64,000 bases of DNA, taken from positions 69,254,001 to 69,318,000 of the forward strand of contig OX597821.1 in the NCBI GenBank assembly GCA_951406725.2, in the 5' to 3' direction. The translations under genes were made by a program, and so were the position numbers. Source of the DNA: Octopus vulgaris. Taxonomy: Eukaryota. Positions 50,919 through 63,946 of this stretch are shown in pieces. Under the pieces are notes generated by a model. That model was given only the letters and a program-made list of their open reading frames with translations, did no database searches and was not told the origin of the DNA. Position 1 is the first letter of the stretch. The number at the start of each line of letters is the position of its first letter.

Positions 50919-53813
50919 CCTGGCAGAATTGTTGGAGCACTGGAAAAATGCCTTGTTGGCATTTGTGCTAGCACTTCATGTTTCTGAGTTCAAATACTGC
51001 TAAAGTCAACTTTGCTTTTTCATCTTTTGGGGGTTGATAAAATAAAAGTACAAGTGAAGTACTGGAGTCAATGTAATTAACTTTCCCCTCCTCTCAAAAT
51101 TTTCTAGCCTTGTACTTAAATCACAAACCTCTGTCACTATCTTTATTATTAAGTCATTGGAAGGCTGTGAGCTGACAGAATTGTTAGCACACTGGGAAAA
51201 ATGCTTAGCAACATTTAATCCATCTTGACGTTCTGAGTTCAAATGCCATCTAGGTCAACTTTGCCTTTCGTCCTTTCAGGGTCAATGAAATAAGTACCAG
51301 TTTAGCACTGAGGTTGATGTTATCAGCTATTCCCTTCCCCCAAAATTCTGGTCTTTGTGCCTACAACAGAATGGATTATTAGGGCATTGGAATGTGCATA
51401 ATCATCAAAGTGTGAGGGGGAAAAAAAAAGAATTTGTCTTGCATTTTTTTCTTCTCTGAATCTTTTACATTTTGAATTCAAATTACATTGTAACACAGCT
51501 ATGCATCACATGAGGCTAAATGTGCATCATATCACCATTCCTCTATAACAATATCAACTACTGTGTAAATACAAAGAACCAAAAGATATCACTAAAAATA
51601 TTAAGCAAAACTAATGAGGGAACACTTAACATTTCTTCATAGGAATTTTATCAGGATTTATACTCAAACTTACTGACAGTATCTCTGACAAGTTTGTTGT
51701 TTTAGATACCTTTGGTTAAGATAATGGTGGCGGTGGCAGCGGCATGGCAGTGATAATGATCATTACACTCATGATGGTGATAACTATGATGATGATGGTG
51801 GTGGTGGTGGTGGTTGCATTGTTGATTTTGCTGGAGGTGGTTGTGGCATCATCGGTAATTAAAGGCAAAATAATGGTGATTTGAACAACTATTAGGATGA
51901 AGTGGTTCTATTTCATTGATGTTTACGGCAATATGATTTGAACAGCTGGTTCTGCTTCATATTCATGCAACATAATCTCTTAGCTGCTGTGCTGTAAAAC
52001 TGAAGGGGACAATGGAACAGTTTCAAGAGTCCAGAATTATGATGCAACACTTTGCTAGGAAAATTAAAACCTGGTTTATGCAATTGAAGCAGTGTTAAAT
52101 TAAAATAGCCATCCATGTAACATTGATAATGTATGTACATCATTGAGAGGCAGGTTACTGTGATAGTCATCCAGAGATAGCATCTCTTATAAATGTGCTG
52201 TTTTTAAAAAACACAATATATATATATCAGAGGGAGATGAAAAATTCATCTTGGCAATGGCTTAGTAAGACCATCAGTTACATTTCGGCTACATTGGGTC
52301 TTATTATGTCTCAATGAAATTTGTCACCACTCATATAGGAAACAGTGAATTCACTATTATTGCAAATAGCTGCACGGTACATACTAGATTTTGATTCAGC
52401 TCTGTAATAGCACACCTATAAGAGATGTTATTTCAGGTCACATACTGCAGTAACTTACCGGTCAATGATGTATATATGTATATTATGTTACTTAGATGGC
52501 TATTTAAAATACAAAAATTAAAATTTGCATTTCAAGACTTGGAAATAATTTCAAATACTGTAACATGGTCTTCTGTATAGATAGACTTTGTACAAAAAGC
52601 TGCAATCAGGTAAATAATCATTGGAGAAGTTGCCCCCCCCCCCCCCATCCCCATCCCTAATATCTTACTATTTTTCTTGCATGTATATAGTTTCTGTTTT
52701 AGACAGAAAATTTGATATGTTCTGAAACAAAATAAATGCAGACACATTCTCAGCATAGTCAGACTTAATTTTGAATATTATTCTATTGCCCATTCTTTAG
52801 CTCCTTTAGCTTATTTCATCTAGTAGTTTAATGGTTCATCTCAAATAAATGGTAACATTTTGAACTACCAAATTGGAGATGTAGTCTGTGGCTCATCTTT
52901 TTCTTTCTTTTTTTGTCCTAAAAATGTCTGTGCTTATAGTCTTTGTAGGTTTTTCTCTTTCCAGACTTATGAGTTGAAGGAGTGGATATTTAACTTTAAC
53001 ATCTGGTGATTTGTGCCTGTTTGAATAGCCTGGTCAGAGTTGAAGTCCCAGGAAGGACAGATTAGATACAATGTTGAGTATTAGATTTATGATGTTAAAA
53101 CACTATAAATCCAATACTTGTCAAACAGTGGACAGTTTGCTAGTCCAGAGCAAGATTTGGCTACTATTTTAAGCGATTGAGTGACCACATGGAAGCTCTG
53201 TTGGTGGTTTTAACCATTTTGGTTGTTACCTAATGTGGTTCTATAAAGATTTTAAGAAATAAAACATAAAAAGAAACAGTTGCTGTGTCAGTCCTAAGAT
53301 TTGATCAGAATGGTGTTCTGACTACCAACTGAACAAATATGCATAAGATACAGTTTTTGATAGTTTTGCTACATACTCTTTTACTGGTTACAGGCAATGG
53401 AGTGTGCATGCTGGAGCACTGGCTTCAAGTGTTTGGAATTGATTATATTGATGCCTGTACTTTGATACTTTCTTGATCAAATAAAGAAATACGAGACAAG
53501 CCAGATATCACACAATATTCTTGTTTAATGCGTCACTTTTGCTATCTCTCTTTCTCTCTCTGTCACACACGCAAACACACACACATGCATGCACATGCTA
53601 TGGAATTGCACACATTTTCTCTTTCCAGACTTATAAGGTTTTCCTCTTTCCAGACTTATGAGTTGTGAATGTGGTTAGAAGTTTGCTTCCCATCAACTTG
53701 GTTTCTATTTCAGTCTGTCTGCATAACACTTTGGGGAAGTGTCTTCTATTATAGTCCTGGTCAAAGCCTTGTGAGTGGATTTGGTTGACGGATACAGAAA
53801 GAAGTTAATCATA

Positions 53814-54356
53814 CAGAGTGTCCCAAAAGTCACTGATGAGTTTCAATTTTTAATAACTTCCTTAACTTTACAAATAAATGCATGAAATTTTGATACAATA
53901 TGAAGGACATAATGGAAATTAATATGCCCAAGTCAAATTTTGCAATACATCTACATCACATACGAAAAATGACATCACCAATGTCAACTGGCCTTTATGT
54001 TCCCCATACTTGACAAGCCCAGATTGTTTCTTGCAGGAATACCTGAAAAAGAGGATTTATGTCAACAAACTGGAGACCTTGGTGCAACCGAAGGAGAACA
54101 GAGAAGTGGGGTCTGAAATTCTTGAGGGTGTTATGGTACAAGTTTTGGAAAGAGCATGAGCATGCGAAGCTGAAAATGGCTGCCATTTAAGTGATGTCAT
54201 TTTTCATATGTGATGTAGTGGTGTTGCAAAATTTGACTTGTGCATATTAATTTCCATTATGTCCTTTATTATTGTGTCAAAATTTTATGCATTTATTTGT
54301 AAAGTTAAAGAAGTTATTAAAAGTTGAAACCTATCAGTTACTTTTGGGACACCCTG
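53814..54356 (+). mobile_element. Tc1/mariner deletion derivative with long inverted arms and a transposase C-terminal remnant
   Basis: TA-CAGAGTGTCCCAAAAGT...ACTTTTGGGACACCCTG-TA with arms of about 165 bp. 53986-54213 reads NWPLCSPYLTSPDCFLQEYLKKRIYVNK...RA*ACEAENGCHLSDVIFHM*, resembling WPPRSPDL.P.DF.LWGYLK. Confidence 0.88.
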
Positions 54357-54360
54357 TATA

Positions 54361-55608
54361 TCATCATCATCATCATCATCGTTTAACGTCCGTTCTCCAT
54401 GCTAGCATGGGTTGGACGGTTCGACCGGGGTTCTGGGAAGCCAGAAGGCTGCACCAGGCTCCAGTCTAATCTGGCAATGTTTCTACAGCTGGATTCCCTT
54501 CCTAACGCCAACCACTCCGTGAGTGTAGTGGGTGCTTTTTACGTGCCACCTGCACAGGTGCCAGGCGAGGCTGGCAACGGCCACGATCAGATTGGTGTAT
54601 TTTATGTGCCACCGCACGGAAGCCAGTCGAGGCGGTGCTGGCATCGGCCACGAGTCGGATAGTGCTTTTTACGTACCACCAGACCAGGGATCCTGGCTGG
54701 TTCAATTCGATTTCGATTTCGCTTGCCCCAACATGTCTTCACAAGCAAAGGGGGTTGGCATGGGTGCCTGTCGTACGGTCGCATTGGAGTATTTTACGTG
54801 CCACGGCCACGAGTCGGATAGTGCTTTTTACGTACCACCAGACCAGGGATCCTGGCTGGTTCAATTCGATTTCGATTTCGCTTGCCCCAACATGTCTTCA
54901 CAAGCAAAGGGGGTTGGCATGGGTGCCTGTCGTACGGTCGCATTGGAGTATTTTACGTGCCGTGGCCACGAGTCGGATAGTGCTTTTTACGTACCACCTG
55001 GCCAGGGATCCTGGCTGGTTCAATTCGGTTTCGCTTGCCCCAACATGTCTTCGCAAGCATGGGGGTTGGCATGGGTGTCTGTCGTCGGATGAGGTTCTAT
55101 ATCGACTTCGCTTGCCTCAACAGGTCTTTGTGTCCAAGGGAGGAAAGGCATTCATAAGTGGGCTGGGCTCACTTGTCCTGCCTGGTCTTCTCACGTACAG
55201 AATATTTCCAAAGGTCTCGGTCGCTGGTCATTTCCTCAGTGAGGCCTAAAGTTCGAAGGTCGTGCTTCACCACCTTCTCCCAGGTTTTCCTGGGTCTACC
55301 TCTTCCACGGGTTCCCTCAACTGCTAGGGATTGGCACTTTCTCACACACCTATCTTCATCCATTCTCGCCACATGACCATACCAGCGCAATCGTCTCTCT
55401 TGCACACCACAACTGATGCTTCTTAGGTACAACATTTCTCTCAAAGTGCTAACGCTCTGTCGAGTATGTACACTGACATTACACATCCATCGGAGCATAC
55501 TGGCTTCATTCCTCACGAGCTTACGCATGTCCTCAGCAGTCACGGCCCATGTTTCGCTGCCATGTAGCATGGCTGTTCGTACACACGCATCATACAGTCT
55601 GCCTTTTA
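54361..55608 (-). mobile_element. Young 5'-truncated RTE LINE: ORF C-terminus (55169-55608) plus ~800-bp 3' UTR
   Basis: Open frame KGRLYDACVRTAMLHGSETWA...RRLRWYGHVARM...GTRGRGRPRKTW, (GAT)n tail, CpG-rich. Confidence 0.92.
54646..55085. repeat. 159-bp tandem repeat, about 2.7 copies, in the RTE 3' UTR
   Basis: GGCCACGAGTCGGATAGTGC starts at 54646, 54805 and 54964. Confidence 0.92.
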
Positions 55609-55609
55609 C

Positions 55610-55643
<34 letters not shown>

Positions 55644-56397
55644 ATCTCCTTGCTTTGATATTGCATGTGATAGTTGTAAGTGAGTATCACTGTCGCGCAA
55701 GCAGTGTCCTTCATTTCCAATCTTCCATGAAGGCATGTCTATTTGTGGAGAAATATTACCTTGCTTGGGTACTTGAAAACAGGTGACTATTGGCGACAAG
55801 AAATGTATCCAGCTGTAGAAAATCTGCTTCGATGAAATCCATCTACTCCATTGAAGCATGGAAAAGGGGACATTAAGCATGAATAAGGGTGAAGGCTTTG
55901 GCTAATGTAAGGCTATTATCGAAACACCCTGATTCCACATGTGTGACATTGCAGGAGAAACTTCTTAACTATATTGCTATGCTTCCATATATACATTAAT
56001 CAGTCCTAAGTAAGTAAAAGGCTAAATCTAAAATATTTGTAATATCTGAACGTGAAGCTCTTAACTATCGAACCAGGTAGTTTGAAGACCATTCCCCTCT
56101 TGTTCTACTATTAAAGCACCCCCTCCCTCTTAACCAATTTCAATTGCATGCCTTGTTGAATGTTAGAATGACATTTTAGGTTATTCAGTGTGATCATCCC
56201 ATTGCATGTTGAATATGTTGTCTTATGGATTATGCATTAGGTGATTAGAACTTGTTATCTCAGTCTTCCGAAACCGGGGATTTTGTTTCCCAAGGCTGAT
56301 TTGAATGTCCTATTAACCAAGATGTTATTTCTAACTTTCATGTAGACGCTCCCTGAATACCTCAAAGAATGCTGCTGCTGCTAGTGTATGTGTGTGT

Positions 56398-56437
<40 letters not shown>

Positions 56438-56850
56438 AATTCATTGCTGACATCCATCCCTCTTGGATGCTCTGTTACTGAATTGATTCCTGGTAATCTT
56501 ATCAAACAGAAGACCTCCTACAATTTCACTCTGGAATCAGAGACGGAATATTGAGGATGCAAGTGAAAAGGCAAATGCACCTCCCTTCATTCTCCTCCCT
56601 GTCTTTATCTCTCATTGTATATTTATCATATCTTTATCTCTCCTCTTATCTCTCTCTCTCTCTTCTTTTCTTTCTTTCTTCTTCTCTGTCTGCCTTTCTT
56701 CCTTTCTCCTTCTCTCTCTCCCCATCTCTCTTTTCCTTTCTTCAACTGAGTTTGATGAAAATGTTTTGTTAATGACTCATGGAAATCTTAACTTAAGTAA
56801 AGAAACAAAAACACACACACTGGCACACACACACACACACACACACTCAT

Positions 56851-56894
<44 letters not shown>

Positions 56895-57692
56895 GTGCAT
56901 ACACACACACACACACACACACACTGAGGATAGGTGTGCTAACTGTATATAATGTGCATGTGTAACTGGGTACGTGGTGGTGAGCATGTTATCCAGAGAA
57001 GGGTTAAGCTGGGAAAGGTAGAGGAAAGTAGTGGTAAAAAAAACCACACAACTCCATAATCTTCTTTACCAATAAAGAGAGTAAGCAGCCCTTATTCTTG
57101 ATTTACATAAGAAGGGGTGTTTATTTATATTTTTATATTTTGTTTATTTATTTATTTAGTTGGAAGTGGGGTGGTTTTGGAAGGATTAGTTTCCTTCAAG
57201 TTTTAGGAAGGAAGTTTGTGCATGAGGGTGAAGTTTGACTCTATGGTTTTGGTTTATGGGGGTGACTTTATCTGCTATGATAATAATGATGATGGTGGTG
57301 GTGGTGGTGATGGTAGTGATGGTGATGGTGGTGGGTCGGTAGTAGGGATGGGGTTGTTGTTGATGTGCATAGTGATGTCGTATTAATAGTAGTATTGCGA
57401 TTGGTAATTTGCAGGGGAATAGTATTGTTGGTGTGAGGAGTGTTGGTGGTGAGGGAGTAGTTTTGTTGTTGTTGTTGTTGGTGTGATAACTGACATCTTA
57501 GGTAAGTAAAATAAGTATGAGAGAGGGAGTGGGAGCGGGCAGACAGACAAACAGACAAACAAACAGATAGGGGGCTGAGTGAGGTTTAGATGAAGTTGGT
57601 GAAATATTTAGAGTAAATGGACTGGAGAGTTAGACAGGTAAAGAACGTTGCGGTGGTGAAGGGGGGAAGATATAAGAAGAAATGGAAAGGGA

Positions 57693-57731
<39 letters not shown>

Positions 57732-58090
57732 CGCGGCGGAAGAGAGTTGGTAGAAGAGGCTGTTTTGGATGATGGGATCTGCAAACAGGGGTGAAAAAAA
57801 ATACATGTCAGATAAACTGCCAACACTGGAAAAAATTGTGGAGGAAAACCAAAAGAAATAGATAAGCTCACTATTGGAAAAACTGGGGTAGACAGGAAAG
57901 AGTTGGGTTAGTAAATAAATAGGAAGGAAAGAAGAGAGGAATGAAGTGGATGCAGTGAATATTACTGGGACTGTACTATTGTCGAAGTGTGAAGTGTAGT
58001 GAGAGAACAGTGATGAGGTGGGAGCAGCATGGCTAGTATTTTGATCAAGAGTTTTTCTCAAAATATCTTTTTTTTTTTTTTTTTTTTTTT

Positions 58091-59100
58091 TATACTTGTT
58101 TCAGTCATTGGACTATGGCCATGTTGGAGCACTGCTTTGAAGGGTTTTAGTTGAACAAATTAATCCCAGAGTAAATATTATTTGTCAACATAACATGGCA
58201 GTGCTGGTTTAGGACAAATGTTGCTGTAATTTAACCCCAGGAGACATCATCTCCAGCTGGCTATATGACACGATCTGCATCCTTATATTTTCAAACAAGG
58301 GCATTTAGCACCCTCACTCAGCTCAAAACAATATCTGTGTATTGTAATTTTTGGGTTATTTCCCTTCCTCAGCACAGAATAACTGTTTGGCTAGAGGTGG
58401 CACTGCCAAATTCATGTTCAAAATATATAGTTTTCAAAGTGACAACTAATTACTAATCTATAAAATAGAAAATTACTCTCAACGAGAGATATTCCTCCTA
58501 AACCAGGACTGCCATGTTATGTTGGCAAATAATCTATACTCTAGAGTACTGTTGCTGAATATCCCTCGTTGAGAGATTTACAAATAGTAATTTTCCAAAT
58601 TAATCCCAGTACTTCGTTTTCACCCTTTAGCATGTAAGCCAGCCATATTTAGACCATTTCTTGTACCTGCTTTGAATTCAAACAGGTCAGATTTGGCCTC
58701 TCACTGCCACTCTACAATGTCGTTTTAAAATTAGATAGTCGCATCATTGAAATCTCAAAGCTATGAAATAATGCATAATTAATCCAAAACAATGTGAATG
58801 AATAAGCATTACATTTAGCTGTAATCTGAATGCTAAAGGGTTGAAGTCTGGTACTTATGCTATTGGTTTCTCTTGCTAAACCATTAATTTATGGGGATGT
58901 AAACAAACCAACACTATTGTCAAGTAGTGATGGGGGTACAAACCTATACACAAAGACATATGCACACACATATATGATGGGCTTCCACACGGTTTCTGTC
59001 TGTTGAATTGTTGGGGTTATAGTAAAAGACACTTTCCCAAAGTGCTGTGCAGTGGGATTGAACCCAAGACCATGTGGTTGCAAAGTCATGCCTGCACCTG
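58091..59100 (-). mobile_element. CORE-like SINE interrupted by the 58170 insertion and a family A MITE (58622-58843)
   Basis: Tail CTTGTTTCAGTCA at 58095 and head ...CATGCCTGCACC at about 59098. Confidence 0.7.
58170..58595. mobile_element. Unclassified insertion with 14-bp TSD and two sets of inverted repeats
   Basis: CAAATTAATCCCAG at 58156-58169 and 58596-58609. 58168-58214 is inverted at 58496-58542, and 58468-58495 is inverted at 58557-58595. Confidence 0.75.
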
Positions 59101-60872
59101 ATATGATAAACTTCAGAATTTAGGATCAAAAGGTAAAAAAAATGAATTTGCTTGGTGAATAATGATGATAAGGAAACTAGAAATAATAACCAAATCTCTT
59201 TCAAATTATATCTTACCATCTTTAAAAAGAAGTAAAACTATATAAGAAAATGAAGTTTTGAAAACAAAGGATGGCATGGTCACAGTTGGATTGCCTTTGA
59301 TTATAAGCCTATTTGCTCAAAGCTGGTTTGGGGCTAAGATCAATGTGCCATTTCTTGCAAAGGATTGATCTGGAACCAAAAAAAGCTGTAGAAAACCACT
59401 AAATGGATAGGCACAGCAGCTGAAAACTAGTTGAAAGTGGCTATGATTGATAAGAAACTGCAAATAGAACTCTCCCATAGACGAAGACTAATTAAGTTCT
59501 TGCTGCCCTACTCTGATGAAGTGTCCAGGCTAAGGGTCAAAATGCTTGTGGCCCTGAGATGTCTGTTGATGGTATGAGAAGGTTTCCAGCATTGTGATGT
59601 ATTTAGAAGAGCTTGCAAAACTTTTGGGTCACCCCTGTAGTTTCTGCATGGAGCAAAGCAGCTCTGATGTTTCTTTTACCATTTGTATTTTTTTCCCCCC
59701 TCCATTTGAAAATTTTTCATGACCTACTTGTTTGGGACCACTAAGAGAGATCCTCTTCAATGTCACTTGATCTGCTAGAAATAGCAGATAAAAGCATCTT
59801 AAAACCACAACCTATCATCTTTAAAAAAAAAAAAAAAAAGGAAAAGAAAAAGTGAAAAATGGGAAAACACTATTGGTTAATGTAATCAGAGATAAATTCT
59901 GTTTGAAACGATGGGATGGAAATGACCAGAACGTCTTTGATTATATGTCTGTTCTATCAGAGCTGGCTTAAACTTAAACAACAATAACTATTAAATTGGC
60001 AACACAACGTTGCCATGGTATGGTGAATAAAAACCGTTAAACTCCTTTTCCCTTGTGATAATTTGACACTCTAGTTGTATCTAATGGCACTAAGATGCAT
60101 ATCAAGGAAACATATCAATAACATTATTCTTTTCTTACTCAACTAAAGCCCCTCCTCCTCCTCTCTCTCTCTCAAAACTATCAAATGATAGGCAGGCCTC
60201 ACAATCCCAGATAATCTCCCAAAGCGACTACATATCCATTCCATACCCTTGCCAAAACTGCACCTCAAAGACTACCTCTTCCTCTTTAGGAATCAGAAAA
60301 TATTTCAGCTATGATGAGGTGCTGACTCTCTTTACTAAGCTCATCTTTAGACTACAGCTCACATCATATCTGGGAGGGAGCAGCTGCTCTCTCCTGTCTA
60401 TCTGTCTGTCTGTCTGTCTGTCTCTGTCTCTGTCTCTCTCTCTCACACACGCACACACACACAATCCCTTCTGTCTGTGAATCGCATCCAGAATATACAT
60501 ACCCATTTGATAGACAAGCCTTCCCTCATCAGCATGTCTCAATCACAATTACTGGCCTACCAGTGTACTGTGTCATCATCCTGTCTATTCTCCCAAAGCT
60601 ACATTAGTTCCGACTTCTGTATAAGCTTACCAACTGTATACTATCTCTATCCAATCCCATTTGGTTGGCCTACTCTTTCTGTTCCTCCTCTTCCTCACAT
60701 TATTCCCCTGTTCACAACTATATTCCATACTAAATGCTTTGTTACCCTATCTTTTTTTTTTAAATACTCTGTGAATCCTTGCCTATAGTTTCTCACCTTG
60801 ACTGTCATTATCTCACAAAACTGCAAGTTCTGTGGGCAATGTACCAGTTCCTTGGCACTAATAAAAGAACTG

Positions 60873-61545
60873 TAGTTAGTTAGGCTCAAAAGCAAATAGC
60901 AAGGCCATGTAGGGGGACATGGAGTTAAGTACAGGGTGGTGTTCATGTAAAGAGTTCAGGCCACTTGAGGTCAAGGGAGGCTTTGAACAAAGCGGTCGTC
61001 GGCATCTTCACCATCTCGTCTGGCAGCTTGTTCCACGGATCCGCAACCCGGACGGAGAAAGCTCCTCTCCTTCGATTGAGATGAAATCGTCGCAGGTAGA
61101 GCTTTTCGGAATGACCCCGCAGCCGACGCTCTGGAGCAGGAGTGAAGAACAGCTCTTTCGAGAGGTTACACTTTCCGCTTATGATGTTGTGGGCGAGAAT
61201 GAGATCACCACGGCGGCGGCGTTTTTCAAGAGAATAAAGGTCGAGCGTCCTCAGCCTTTCTTCATAGGACAAATTTTTGAGACCATGAACCATGCGGGTA
61301 GCCAGCTTCTGGACTCTTTCGAGATGCTGTATGTCTTTGAGGAGATAAGGAGAAGAGGCTTGAATCCCGTTCTCCAATAAGGGTCTCACCAGCGTGACAT
61401 AGAGTGGTAGGAATATGGCTGCTGTGAGCATTCCGAATGACCCTCGAATCAAGAACAGAATTCCGCGTGCTTTGTTGGCAGCATGGACGCACTGGGCCGA
61501 AGGCGAAAAGGAGGAATCCACCAAGATACCCAGGTCCTTTACCTG
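60873..61545 (-). mobile_element. Young 5'-truncated CR1-clade LINE (ORF2 C-terminus plus short 3' UTR with (CTAA)n tail)
   Basis: Open frame VKDLGILVD...LYVTLVRPLLE...LERVQKLATRMV..L..LSYEERLRTLDLYSLEKRRRRGDLI...RGH...FSVRVADPWNKLP, stop at 60943. Confidence 0.93.
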
Positions 61546-62080
61546 TATGATGGCTCATTGAGCAGAGTGCAGATTAGTACAGTTTTTAATAGTCTGTAGT
61601 GCTGAAATCAAATTCTCTCCTCATATGGTAGAAGAAAATCTTCTATATTAATAAGCACAAAATTCTGTCTATCCATCCAGGACCCCTGTATCTCAGTCTA
61701 CATTTAGTCTGCATAGACATATTATACCTTTTTGGAATCAGGGTGATCCTGGGATTGAAAATCTGCCCTTCATTTCGTTCTTGAACAACCTGCATTGGGA
61801 TTTGATTTAAAAGCATTTGGGTTGCTATTTCTAGCAGGTAAAGCTTGGTTGATTCACACCATCTTGGTTGGCATTTGTCAGATGACATCAGAGATCAAGG
61901 GGGAGATAAGTGACATTCTCTTCATTAATTTTATGTTGAGATAAAAACTTTGGGACAGATCAGCCAAAAGTTGGAATTCAACTTGGGACTGGAACAGTAG
62001 AATGATTGCATTACAGAATTAATTCTCATCCATCCTTAACCTCTGATCAGGGCATATAATCATTATAGACATATTCTGAA

Positions 62081-62390
62081 ACCCCCTTCAGTCATAACTG
62101 ACCATGGGATTGCACCTAGAAAGTTACCCTCCCAGGTACAAGTGTGGGCAAGGTTGTTTATGGAAGACCAGCAGTCGCCCATGCATACTGGCCTCCCCTA
62201 TCCATGCCACCAATGTTATCCAAGAGAGAAGCAAAGGCTGATACAGCTTGGCACCTGTGACGTTGCAACTCATTTCTACAGCTGAGTGAACTGGAGCAAT
62301 GTGAAATAAAGTGTCTTGCTCAAGAACACAACACTCAGCCTGGTCCGGGATTCAAGCTCACAACCTTACAATCATAAGCTCAATGCTCTA
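62081..62390 (-). mobile_element. Third-family tRNA SINE
   Basis: Reverse complement of 38457-38783. Confidence 0.8.
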
Positions 62391-62812
62391 AGCAGCGAGA
62401 GACACGATAGTTTGATCAAAAGCACCGGCTATTGCAAGCAAAATTAAATATTGAAAAAGCGCATTTGACCAAATTTGGACATGTGACAGTTTAACATAAT
62501 AGCAACAATATGAATGACTGTCAGTACGCATACATGTATGTATGTACATATGTTGCCTTACTTTTTTTCCCCTTAATTACTTGAATTCCTAATAAAAGAG
62601 CTGATTTCTAAGAAAGAAACAAAGCTCTGCTATTAAAATTTGGATATAAACAATGGTTTAGTTACATGTTGAACTTCAGAAAAGTTTTGCATATTTTTTT
62701 CTGTTCTGCTTATAGATTGAATTTGCCAAGTGCCTGTTAACTGGTCAGTTTCTTTGCCAACCATCCCTCAGTTCTTTGAGATTGCCACTTAGACAAACAA
62801 GCACACCAATAA

Positions 62813-63167
62813 TCTGTTATATAAAATCCGTTCTGTCTGTCTGTGTGTCTTCTAGGATCTCGGGCATCCTCCATCTAATTGTGCTCAAATTTGATATGTA
62901 GAAACTGACAGTATCAGGACGTGTATAAATCTTGAAAAAAATTTACAAAAATCGATTCCAGGTGAGAATGCGATTGATAAAGCCGTGGAAATGTGCATTT
63001 GTACATGCAAGTACATAAGCTGTTGCAATCGATACTACGCATACGCGAGAAAAATGCAGTTGATGCAAAAAAAGCTGGTTGGCTTGAAATAATGCGAAAA
63101 TAATGAGAAAATTTGGTTTAAATGTTTGACATCTCAGCACCGTCCATTGGACGGGGCATTTTGCTCG
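62813..63167 (+). mobile_element. Non-autonomous Helitron
   Basis: A|TCTGTTATATAAAA start, (TCTG)n near the 5' end, hairpin CCGTCC-ATT-GGACGG at 63140-63154, ends CTCG|T (CTAG with one change). Confidence 0.7.
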
Positions 63168-63726
63168 TTATAGCTATAGATGTGAATTTATGTTATGGAT
63201 AGCAAAACAATAGGTTTCAGCAGTCGTCTATAAATATTCTCTTCCCAGCAGATTGGGGGTGGGTGGGTGTAAATCTGTGAAGCAAAGTGACCTGTATAAC
63301 TTGCTTATTTTTGTGTTTTCTGTCCCATATTCATATCAAATATATTTGCACTTGGTAGAAATTTTGATGGATGTGTTCCATCAATTACATCGGTGTGTGT
63401 GTATGGGTGTATGCATTTAACATCAGAAGTATTTTCTATATTTATTGCAAGGCAGTCTTACTTATGGATGGTATTAGTCTACTGTTTTGGCAACAATATC
63501 TTCTGCAGAATTTTGAAAAAATTGTCACATCTTGAGGATTTGAGAGCTTCACTGTCTTTTATATTTATTTTGTATTTATAGCTTGTTTTTGTTCTTGGAT
63601 TGCAAAAGCTTAACCTTTGAATTGTGACATGGTGTAATAGTCAGGAGTCCAAGAGAGGTGCTACATTTACTCTCAAAGTTAACATCACCCTCAGATTTAT
63701 AGGAAACAAACATACACATGACTTGG

Positions 63727-63946
63727 AACCTTTAGCATTCCTATTACTTTATCAGGTGTAATATTTATTTATTCATATTGTTCTGAATTAACCATGCTTT
63801 ATCTCATTGCTTCAAGATTTCAATGATTGTTTATTCTTAGGATGATGTTGTAGAGTAGGTAGGATAGGCCAGATCTCGCTAGCTTGAACATAATAACATT
63901 GGAATATTTGAGCTGTGTACAGCTTGTTTATATATTTGAGGGTTAA
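63727..63946. mobile_element. Family A TTAA MITE, diverged
   Basis: CCTTTAGCATTC...GAGGGTTAA. Confidence 0.6.

Noticed and set aside
59505-59555. CTGATGA hammerhead-like start
   Set aside because: No convincing stem II, GAAA or stem I follows.
60919-61380. 153-aa plus-strand ORF
   Set aside because: It is the antisense shadow of the CR1 ORF2.
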